Source of the DNA: Magallana gigas
Lineage: Eukaryota
Assembly: GCF_963853765.1 (NCBI RefSeq)
Contig: NC_088860.1
Location: 14,384,001 to 14,448,000 of the forward strand
Direction of reading: 5' to 3'
DNA length: 64,000 nt
A model generated the notes under the pieces. That model was not told the origin of the DNA. It ran no database searches and worked only from the letters and a program-made list of their open reading frames with translations. The translations under genes were made by a program, and so were the position numbers. This document shows positions 10,741-21,708 of the stretch, piece by piece (position 1 is the stretch's first letter; the number at the start of each line of letters is the position of its first letter).

Positions 10741-13410
10741 TTTTTAGCTCACCGAGACGAAGTCAGGGGGAGCTTATGCTATACCCTCGGCGTCGGCGTC
10801 GGCGTCCGGACCTGGTTAAAGTTTTTGTTGCAGGTCCTGTATCTAAGCTATTACTTGTCCTATCTTCACCAAACTTGCATGGATGATGCATCTGGACCTA
10901 CTTATGGACTTGAAAGACTTGGATGCTGAATCTGAGTCCTAAATTTCAGATGCTGGAGGAGGTTAAGGTTGTTGGACCAGGTTAAAGTTTTTGTTGCAGG
11001 TGCCCTTTGATAGCAATATCTAAGTTACTGCAGGTCCGTACTTCACCAAACTTGCATGGATGGTGTGTCTTATGATACTGATGCACCAGACATGCTTGAG
11101 TGCTAAATCTGAGCTATAGGTTTCGGATGCTGGAGGAGGTTAAGGTTTTTGGAGCAGGTTAAAGTTTTTGTTGCAGGTGCCCTTTGATAGCAATATCTAA
11201 GTTACTGCTGGTTCATACTTCACCAAACTTGTATTGATGGTGTGTCTTATGATACTGATGCACCAGTCAGGCATGGGTGCTGAATCTGGGCTATAAGCTG
11301 CAGATGCTGAAGGAGGTTAAGGTTTTTAGAGCTGGTTAAAGTTTTTGTTGCAGGTGCCCTCTGATGATTATATCTTAGTTACAACTTGTTCTAACTTCAC
11401 CAGACTTCCATGGATGGTGCGTATTATGATACTGATGCACCAGACAGGCTTGAATGCTGAATCTGAGCCATAGGTTTCGGATGCTGGAGGAGGTTAAGGT
11501 TTTTAGAGGTGGTTAAAGTTTTTGAAACAGGTGCCCTCTGATGATTATATCTTAGTTATTACTTGTCCTAACTTCACCAGACTTCCATGGATGGTGCGTC
11601 TTATGATACTGATGCACCTGACAGGCTTGAATGCTGAGTCTGAGCCATAGGTTTCAGATGCTGGATATGGTTAAGTTTTTTGGAATAGGTCACATGTTTA
11701 ATAGATAATAGTACTTTTTCAAACTTGCATAGTTGATTAAACTGTAATATGAATGAATCACAGAGGAAGCTTCAGATGCAGAGCTTGATCTCCATTATCA
11801 AGGATGCTAAAAAATATATCTTAGATATTACAGGTCCTAACTTCACCAAACTTGAATGGATGGTGTGTCTTATGATACAGATGCACCTGACAGGCATGGA
11901 TGTTGAATCTGAGACAAAGGTTGCGGATGCTGGAGCAGGTTAAGGTTTTAATTGCTAGTGCCCTCTGATGATGATATCTTAGTTATTACTAGTCTGAACT
12001 TCACCAAACTTGCATGGAGATGCGTCTTATGTATACTGATGCACCTGACAGGCTTGAATGCTGAATCTAAGCCATATGTTTCGGATGCTGGATGAGGTTT
12101 TTGGAACAGGTCACATGTTTTATAGATGATAGCTTGCATAGTTGATTTAACTATATTATATATGAAATGCAGAGGTTGCTTCAGATGCAGAGCCTGATCT
12201 CAATTATCAAGGATGCTAAAGAAATCTCCTACCTCACTCAAACTTGCCCAATAGATAGATGTGTTTTTTGATAAATGATATAACATGATTCCTATGATAT
12301 AGTATTGTATGGTATGAAACAATATCGTTTAATATGATACAGTATAATATCTTATGTAATATTATAAAAAGTTATATGATACGATATGATATTGTATCAA
12401 TTTTTTGATATTTTATGTTATGATATTGTATCATGATATCGTTATATATAATATTGTATATTATGATACAATATTGTATAATATTATATTGTATTATTAA
12501 TTTATTATTTTATCACATGATACTATTACATAAGATATTGCAAAATATAATATTGTATCCTATGATACAATATTGTATATTCTATAATATTGTACCATAC
12601 GATATTGTATAATATGATATTAGTTTCTGTTATATAGAATTATATCACATGAAATTGTATAATATGATACTATAATATTATATAATATCGTATCATACGA
12701 TATTGTATAATATGATATTGGTTTATAATATGATATATTATCACATGAAATTGTATTGTATGATATTGTAAAATATATTATTGTATCATATGATACAATA
12801 TGTATAATATAATATTGTATGATATAATATTTTACTTTATTACATAATATTGTATCATTTGATATGATACAATGTTGTATCAAAGTATACTGTATCATAT
12901 GATACAATATCATATTATGTATCAAAAATGATACAGTATGGCATACAATATCATACTATATTATACAATATAATATCATATGTTTCAATGTTATGATGTA
13001 TTATGTAATATGATATTGTAATATAATACTATATTGTTTTATATATTATGATATTGTATTATGTGATCAAATACAATAACGTATAACAAAACAATGTCAT
13101 ATCATAGGTTACAATATCATATCTCATCATTGTTTATTATGGTATGTTATTGTATTATATGATATATGTTGTAAATATGATAGGATGCAATACTTAATTT
13201 TATATTATTGTATTGATTAACATATGAACATATGATTATCATACAATTTTTTAACAGATGATATACGATATTGTGTCAAAACAATCCATGAATATCCAAG
13301 ATCATAAAGTATGATTTTCATTTAATATGATAAAGGTGGTCTCATAAAGGTGAAGTCTCATAAGGGTGATGTCTCGTCTCGGTGAGCTTTGTAATCTGTG
13401 ATTACCTATG
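10741..13410 (+). mobile_element. Helentron-associated non-autonomous element (HINE-like) with internal 177-bp satellite array and AT-rich microsatellite
   Basis: Perfect 15-bp subterminal inverted repeats: AGCTCACCGAGACGA (10746-10760) and TCGTCTCGGTGAGCT (13374-13388). 3' stem-loop GTAATC-TGT-GATTAC (13391-13405), T-run flanks, (CGGCGT)n after the 5' end. GGTTAAAGTTTT recurs at 10814, 10980, 11157, 11334 and 11511. Confidence 0.88.
12290..13310. repeat. Degenerate AT-rich pentamer-type microsatellite (ATATG/ATTGT/ATACA-like) inside the HINE-like element
   Basis: About 1 kb of GATAT/ATTGT/ATACA-type low-complexity repeats whose orientation switches internally. Confidence 0.85.
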
Positions 13411-13689
13411 TTTTATTACAAAATAATGTTAGAATGAAATTATTGATAGGTAGGATTAACATTAACTAGACGAGGATATACAGATGACACGATAGGTTGA
13501 CTGATTAAACATTCAGAATGTAAATGTTAAAACCAGTTAAATAGTACTAGTACTGTTTATGTATACTATATATATATATATCAAGTACCTAATTTGATGA
13601 ACAGAGCTTACAGAACACGATATCAAAACAGGATAAACTATATATTTCTTACTTATTAATGAGTACATGTAGGTACATGTATAATGCCG

Positions 13690-13719
13690 GATAGGATAGG
13701 ATAGGATAGGATAGGATAG
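13690..13719. repeat. (GATAG)6 microsatellite
   Basis: Read directly from the sequence. Confidence 0.95.
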
Positions 13720-16700
13720 GGTTCTAAAATTGGTCATGTGGTAGTACTGTATTCATTGTACTTTTTCATGTCTCTAATTTTGTTAATATAATGAAATTCA
13801 AGGACTTGTCACTCAATCATCATGTATTTATTGCTTTACTGTCTGCACCTTGTATTTCTATATGGTTATCACACATATATACATGTATGACCTCAACTAC
13901 AAATGTAGTTTGAATTTTCCATATTGGTTACCTCATGCCAATAAACCTTTTGAATGTCCCCGTAATTAAAAAATTTAAAATTGAGAAAAAATTGTGCTAT
14001 GAAATACATGCACTAGGTAGATCTTAGAGCCTCCCTGAAACAAAACATACAAGGAATTGGAGAATCAGTCTAAGAACTCATTGTCAAATGAATGTTCATT
14101 AACTTAATTAGGATTAATGATTCCCTTTGTATATTCCAGCTCTGGAATGTCAACAATTTCTTCATGAGTTACACAACGTATCTCCACTGGTGCATTAGTA
14201 CAATTCTCTAGTCAGAGACTAGAACTGAACCAATTGTGTGTGAAAGTGTGTTTGAATGGAAGTACTTGTTATTGCTACATACCATGTATAAAATACCAGA
14301 ATAGTGCATTCCTGGCAACAACGTGATAAACAGATCATTGTATTTTGTGGGGGAAAAAACTGAGATCATCATTATTACCAAGCTCATTTTTTATTTCTCT
14401 TCTAAATTTTGTACATTTTTTCTATGATGCTCATTTTCAAAACATATGGAATCCATTTTCATTTTTTTTTGGTTATCTTTTTGCATTTCTTGGCAGTATG
14501 TGTGAGTTCACTTTATGATTTGTATATTAAAACTCATGTTTAATTTGAATATTTTTTGTAAAAATTGTAAAAAATAAAATAAAAAAATCTAATATTATTT
14601 TTAATAATTCTTTTTTTTTTGTTCCTTCTTTTTTTTTCAAAAAATGTTACATATTATATTTTTTCCCATATTTTACTTATTTTTACAGATAACATTGTAT
14701 GTTAAACATTTTCAAGTTGTTTAAAAAATACATTTGTATGCCATCAATATCATGAAAAAAGTTGGAACTTTTTGCAAATTGTTGTGTTCTGAAAAATCCT
14801 TTTCTTTTTTTTTTTTTTACATTTATTGCATTCAAGTTTCTTTAAGGTTAAACATATTTTTATATATGTTATGCTTAAAAATGGCTTTCAGGGCCATTAA
14901 ATTCCAAATTCAGCATCTTTCAATTCATTTATTTCTAGTGTGAATGACATTTCCATCATCTGTTTTAAATTTTCTGGACATTTCTCAGCTATGTGCCTAA
15001 CTTTATATGCATCTACATATAGAATCTAAATTGAATACATTTGATACATAAGTATATCAAGAACCATTCATATTATATCATGTTTAAAATTTGTTTTTAA
15101 CTTGTATAAGAAGAAAATAGATGTGTTGTAACTGATATAGGAGTCAAAGGAAAAACCTATAAAAATTGTTATACATTCGTTACTCAAAATCTTGATACAT
15201 TGCTGATCATGGATTCTCTTACTTTGAACATGTACTATGAAAACATCTATAAAACCAAAATACGCTTTAGTGTTCATGTTGGAAAATTTTATTGTACATG
15301 TCATTGAAAGGAAAAGTTACAAAGTTTGAAACTTTTGTTATTTGTATTTGGAAAACCTTTTAAAGGCTCTTATAGAAGCCAAATTACATTACAGTATTGT
15401 CATCCTGTATGAAAAATTTATTTCATATCATATAATACTATGTATTCCATAATTTTTTGACAGTGTTTATACATTTTAAAGTTACATGTTTATGAATATT
15501 TTCACAGCAAAAGGGTTTTATTTCAAATCCAGTCCACATTGTTTCAAATGAACAGAGCTTAAATGTCAATACATACTCCATGCACATATAAATGTGCATA
15601 AAACCTTCATGTGTGATTGGTTTAATTTTGATATTGATCATGAATGTTTGTTGCTTTATTTCACAAAAAATAATGTGAATGAATATAAAAATGTTAGCAT
15701 GATATAAATAATTGCAAGCTCGTTTCCATTGTTAATAGTCTTTTATTCAATGTTTATAAGACATATCATTTCACTCCCCTCTTTTTTGCACAAAAGTTGT
15801 GATAACGTTTGCCTGTATTAACCTTGAATCCATTCGAAATAGACTATTCTTCACAACATAACGGACTGCATATTTACATCTTAAGAAAAAGTTATTTACC
15901 AGTGATAGAGAATATAACACTGAGCCGGATAATTATGCCAGTGCCAAAATCCATATACACCAAATGATAGACCATTGTCTAGAGAATGTTTATAACCACT
16001 TTTGTTTTAATTGTGTCTCATCTGACAGGTGAGATATTTATCTTTAAGAATTTACACCGGTATCCCATAGGAAAATAATATTTAGCATAAGAGAAATAAT
16101 TTTCCTACAGGAAATATTGAAAATCCTATCGCATTTTCTAAAAATCCTAATATATAGGAATTATATTTTTCTATAGGAGAAAAATATTTCTTTCAGGGAT
16201 TTGATTTAGAAAGGTAGTTTTGTTATAGGAAATGAACATTTCTTATCGGATTTTAAAATCCTATAGGAATTTTGTTCAAATCATATCGGAATTATGTAGA
16301 GAAAATTCCTGGTTTTATAGGCATATCGTGTCACCGACATGTATTATATTCTCTGGCAAAATGTTTAATGATTTACCCTTGCAGAAGTCTCTCAAATTCT
16401 ATCGGTATGAATTGATGTGAAAAATAAGACTGATTTTAGTAGGTTACACGTGTTAGGGTTTCTTAACTAATATGTTCCTCTTAGTATATTACCGTCGAGC
16501 TACATCTTAAAGACGTTTCCTAAGTTGGCCTTAGGATGTTCTTAACTTTTTTTCCTAAGTCATATCTTATAGGAACACACTTAGGTCATATCCTAGGAAA
16601 GTTTCGTGAAGGTGCCTGCTCTAAACTGTTTTCAATAACTGGATATTGACCTTTTAGTACCATTAACTATAAGAACTACAAGATAGATGGGAAGAAATAT

Positions 16701-17085
16701 CCAACAGTTTCTCAACAGTACACACCATTGATCAGTATTGATTGCTAGAAGTTGAACACGGCGTAAAATCGGCATTATTTGTTCACTTCTGGGAGAAGTT
16801 AAAAAGCGTTAACTCTCTTGTGAGTTATAAAATAACGAGATTGTTGTTTTTTTACAACAGTATTTATTTTAACATATATAGAATAAACTGTCAATATAGA
16901 TCCATTTTGTCTCCCCTGAGGGCCGCGAAGAACATCTGAAAAAGATAAAAAAAATTGTGTTACGGAGAAATAATAATCATAAAATGTGCTCCATTAAGAT
17001 GCAATATACAGTAAAAAAATAATAAACAACATTTTTTCTCTTACCTTAATTTTTGGCAAAGGGAGATCTATTGGGGTTTAACGGT

Positions 17086-17854
17086 CTAACCAGAGTTGTT
17101 GTTGTTCAACAAGATTGGTGTGAGAGCCAAGAGACCTTCAAATGATAATATCGAATGATGAATTATACAATAAATAGATCCAACAAATGGACAGATATTA
17201 CCAGGAGATGGAAAAATTGATAACTGTCCGCAAATATCCTTAGTAACATATTTACTTGTTTTGGAATTGTGTTTAAACATACAGCTAAAAAAAAACTAGT
17301 ATACGTGATTGCAATTCCGTTCTTGATAGTCCTTTTCTTAGTTTCTCAATTTGTATATATTAAGCGGAAAATGAATAAACATTTTATCAAAACATACCCA
17401 AAAGCAGAGCACCGTTTCCTCCAAAGATTCCCTGGTTTGTGGTTTCAGCTCCAACACCCAGACCAAGGGCTGGGAGGGGGAGTGGCTGCTGGACGGGTGC
17501 TTCCACTGGGACTGGGTAAGGGACGTAGACGGATTTCATGGATTTCTTGTGACCATATCCGGATGTACCGTGCCCATATCCGGATGAACCATGTCCGTAT
17601 CCGGATAAACCTTGTCCGTATCCGGACATACCCTGTCCATATCCGCTGATTCCGGTGCTGTATCCATACCCGCTGTCATATCCTCCTGCATATCCTCCAG
17701 TATATCCACTTGTGTATCCACTTTGGTCGTATCCACTTGCGTATCCGCTTGTGTACCCTGATTGATCGTATCCACCGCTGGAATAACCCATGTCGGCACG
17801 GACGAGGGCAACACCGAGAACTAAGAGAGCGGCGACAACGGCTGAGGAATGCAT
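17086..17854 (-). CDS. Secreted Gly/Tyr/Ser-rich low-complexity protein, paralog A (168 aa; shematrin/prisilkin-like composition)
   Basis: Coding exons 17854-17398 and 17135-17086, joined by a phase-1 GT-AG intron. Signal peptide MHSSAVVAALLVLGVALVRA, SGY/GYG repeats, GHKKS hinge, VYVPYPVPV linker, tail GIFGGNGALLLGLLALTPILLNNNNSG*. Non-coding exon 1 ends at 18112; 3' UTR intron 17044-16936; AATAAA at 16868-16863. Confidence 0.88.
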
Positions 17855-18111
17855 CTGTTAAAAAAAAAACCCGGATTTTTTACATTGTATGAACTCAACT
17901 GTTCAGTATATTAAACGTTTTTGTAATTTCGAGGAAATCAAATCTAAATATGCATGAACGACGTATTTCCTTTTTTTTAAGTGGAAACAAAAAAGAAATT
18001 AACTAGAGTTTGCCTAAATTAGCTTAGACATGCAGAATAAAATATCTGTTCTTTAAAAAAAATACATAGAAAAAACGGTTGCTTAGTCCCTTGACTAGGG
18101 ATGTCAATTAC

Positions 18112-18260
18112 CTTGGAAGATCTGTTGGTAGTGATTTGAATCTGATCTAAGCACCTTTTTATACCAAAGAGTGAATGGCGCCTACAGCGGTTACGGTTTT
18201 GCGCGCAACAGCCACACCAACAGTTGTTACTTTGGGCCATGTTGTGTCTACCTGACGTAA
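18112..18260 (-). promoter_or_regulatory. Core promoter and non-coding exon 1 of paralog A
   Basis: TATAAAAA at 18163-18156, donor AAG|GTAATT at 18112/18111, TTACGTCA (sense) at 18260-18253. Confidence 0.7.
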
Positions 18261-18303
18261 TGCGCATGCTCTTAACAAGGAAGTTGATAATATACGTAAG
18301 TTT

Positions 18304-18747
18304 ATTATAGCATTGAATCATGATTTTTTGAAGTATACACTCTCATAACTGCAGCGGTGTGTGCATACAAATTGAGTAACGCGCGTTAGCGCGTTATGAA
18401 AATTTGTATGCACACACCGCTGCAGTTATGAGAGTGTATACTTCAAAAAATCATGATTTAATGCTTATATTTACATTTTTTTTAACTTCTTGCCTTGTCT
18501 GCAAATGTGATTCATACCTTAAAATTCCTATCTTATCCTAAGGGTAAGTTAATATTAATGGAAGAGCCACAGTAACAGCCATAAGCGTGAACTTTGATTT
18601 TCGCTTGTGACGTTGCAGTTTACAGCGTTCAACGTTTGTGACGTCATAATAAAACTCGTCAATTTGACCTTTGACTACTTGTTGCATTTAGAGGCATTTA
18701 AACATCACGGAATTTAATGGAAAAACACAGTAGAATGTAAATATATG
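18304..18747. mobile_element. Foldback Helentron-type insertion in the paralog A promoter, absent from paralog B
   Basis: Near-perfect ~160-bp hairpin (CATGATTTTTTGAAGTATACAC...GTGTATACTTCAAAAAATCATG) and an ATATTTAC/GTAAATAT inverted pair. The duplicated unit has the empty site at ~21750. Confidence 0.85.
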
Positions 18748-20530
18748 TATTTAAAGTTTATTACAAGTGTATGTTTTTTGGGAGTGTGATATGATGTAAA
18801 AAGATACAAATTTCGTGTAATCTTTCTTTGAAAACAAACATTAATGTTCATTTGTAGACATTTATCGTGTTCCTGTTAATCTGCAGGGCTGATGGGGAAG
18901 ATTGTAATTGGAGAGTTCTAAACGTGTCAAAACTTTTATTCATTGCGACGTTTTATGATAACGCAGAATCAAATGCAGTCTACCTATTACTTGGTTTTTA
19001 AGGTGTGTTACCATCAACACTCTCTTCTCCTACGATATTTTAGTCCCATTGAAGATCTGGAAACTTCTGTTTTTTTGTAAGTTTAATAAATTTAAAAACA
19101 ATATAAAGCACCAATGCATGAAAAAATGTAAAGTAAACTCAATTAAACGCATCCTAAATTTCATAGTTAGGACGATAAGTTTGGGATAGGACAAGCATTG
19201 CTACTCAAAAAAATCCTCTTCCATTTTGTCTGTTTTATTCTATTCAAAATGAGAGGGATGGGGGGGGGGGGTTTAGGGTGGAATGTTGGTTCTTTTTTTT
19301 TTCATTGTCCTTGTTACTTTACAAATGTGTTTTTCAACAAAATACCATGTGGGATCATTCTCAATTTTTATAAGTTCATTCTGAAAAAAATATATATTTT
19401 TTTAAATTATTGAAAATGTTGATTAAACTAACTATATTTTCGAGATAGATAACAATTTATTTCTTATTTAAACTGTACTGTTATTCTAAATACTGCAGAT
19501 GAAAAGAAATTGGTCGTGTGTGTATATGTAAGGTAAAAATTTATGAAACGCACTACTTAAATGGCAAGAGTATCAAATATTAATTTACATTCAAAGAATG
19601 CCCATATGTTATTCAAAAATTATTTGCTTGTGAGCCAAAAGCTGTCATGATACATATATTTTCTTTACACAAAATAGCGGTTAATTGGATTTCAGGATTT
19701 TTGTTTGAACAAACTTATTGGTGACTGAAATATATCCAAGTAAATGTATATATTTAAGAAAATGTATAAAAATGAAAATTCCTGGTTTTAGGCATATCGT
19801 TTCACCGACATGTATTATATTATCTGGCAAAACGTTTAATGATTTACCCCAGCAGAAGTCTCTCAAATTCTATCGGTATGAATTGATGTGAAAAATAAGA
19901 CTGATTTTAGTAGGTTACACGTGTTAGGGTTTCTTAATTAATATGTTCCTATTAGTATATTACCGTCGAGCTACATCTTAAACGTGTCCTAAGTTGGCCT
20001 TAGGATGTTAACTTTTTTCCTAAGTCACATCTAAGGAACTCACTTAGGTCATATCCTAGGAAAGTTTCGTAAAGGTGCCTGCTCTAAGCTGTTTACAATA
20101 ACTAGATGTTGACCTTTAAGTACCATTAACTATAATATCCAACAATTTCTTAACAGTACACACCATTGATCAGTATTGATTGCTAGAAGTCGAAGTGAGA
20201 ACACGGCGTATAATCGGCATTATTTGTTCACTTCTGGGAGAAGTTGAAAAGCGTAAACTCTCTTGTAAGTTATAAAATAACGAGTTGTTGTTTTTTACAA
20301 CAGTATTTATTTCAACATATATAAAATAAACTGTCAATATAGATTCATCTTGTCTTCCCTGAGGGCCGCGAAGAACATCTGAAAAAGATAAAAAAAAAAT
20401 TGTGTTACGGAGAAATAATAATCATAAAATGTGCTCCATTAAGATGCAATATATAGTAAAAAAATAATAAACAACATTTTTTCTCTTACCTTAATTTTTG
20501 GCAAAGGGAGATCTATTGGGGTTTAATGGT

Positions 20531-21297
20531 TTAACCAGAGTTGTTGTTGTTCAACAAGATTGGTGTAAGAGCCAAGAGACCTTCAAATGAGAATAACGAA
20601 TGATGAATTATACAATAAATAGATCCAACAAATGGACAGATATTACCAGGAGATGGACAAATTGATAACTGTCAGCAAATATCCTTAGTAACATATTTAC
20701 TTGTTTTGGAATTGTGTTTAAACATACAGCTAAAAAAAATAGTACACATGATTGCAATTCCGTTCTTGATAGTCCTTTTCTTAGTTTCTCAATTTGTATA
20801 TATTAAGCGGAAAATGAATAAACGTTTTATCATAACATACCCAAAAGCAGAGCACCGTTTCCTCCAAAGATTCCCTGGTTTCTGGTTTCAGCTCCAACAC
20901 CCAGACCAAGGGCTGGGAGGGGGAGTGGCTGCTGGACGGGTGCTTCCACTGGGACTGGGTAAGGGACGTAGACGGATTTCATGGATTTCTTGTGACCATA
21001 TCCGGATGTACCGTGCCCATATCCGGATGAACCATGTCCATATCCGGATAAACCTTGTCCGTATCCGGACATACCCTGTCCATATGCGCCCATACCGGTG
21101 CTGTATCCATACCCGCTGTCATATCCCCCTGCATATCCTCCAGTATATCCACTTGTGTATCCACTTTGGTCGTATCCACTTGCGTATCCGCTTGTGTACC
21201 CTGATTGATCGTATCCACCGCTGGAATATCCCATGTCGGCACGGACGAGGGCAACACCGAGAACTAAGAGAGCGGCGACAACAGCTGAGGAATGCAT
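20531..21297 (-). CDS. Secreted Gly/Tyr/Ser-rich low-complexity protein, paralog B (168 aa)
   Basis: Coding exons 21297-20841 and 20580-20531. Differs from A at 4 residues (ISG>MGA, T>R). Exon 1 ends at 21560; 3' UTR intron 20489-20379. Confidence 0.88.
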
Positions 21298-21559
21298 CTG
21301 TTTAAAAAAAAACACCCGGATTTTTTACATTGTATGAACTCAACTGTTCAGTATATTAAACTTTTTTGTAATTTCGAGGAAATCAAATCTAAATATGCAT
21401 GAACGTCGTATTTCCTTTTTTTTTTTAAAGTGGAAACAAAAAAGAAATTAACTAGGGTTTGCCTAAAACAGCTAAGACATGCAGAATAAAATATCTGTTC
21501 TTTAAAAAAATACATAGAAAAAACGGTTGCTTAGTCCCTTGACTAGGGATGTCAATTAC

Positions 21560-21708
21560 CTTGAAAGATCTGTTGGTAGTGATTTGAATCTGGTCGAAGC
21601 ACCTTTTTATACCAAAGAGTGAATGGCGCCTACAGCGGTTACGGTTTTGCGCGCAACAGCCACACCAACAGTTGTTACTTTGGGCCATGTTGTTTCTACC
21701 TGACGTAA
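21560..21708 (-). promoter_or_regulatory. Core promoter and non-coding exon 1 of paralog B
   Basis: TATAAAAA at 21611-21604, donor AAG|GTAATT at 21560/21559, TTACGTCA (sense) at 21708-21701. Confidence 0.7.

Noticed and set aside
12620-12925. 101-aa Ile/Tyr-rich ORF
   Set aside because: Translation of the AT-rich microsatellite inside a mobile element.
17269-21305. Long + strand ORFs (17269-17649, 20706-21305) with HIRM/RIR repeats
   Set aside because: Antisense shadows of the GGATAC/GGATAT codon repeats of paralogs A and B; no signal peptide, promoter or splice support.
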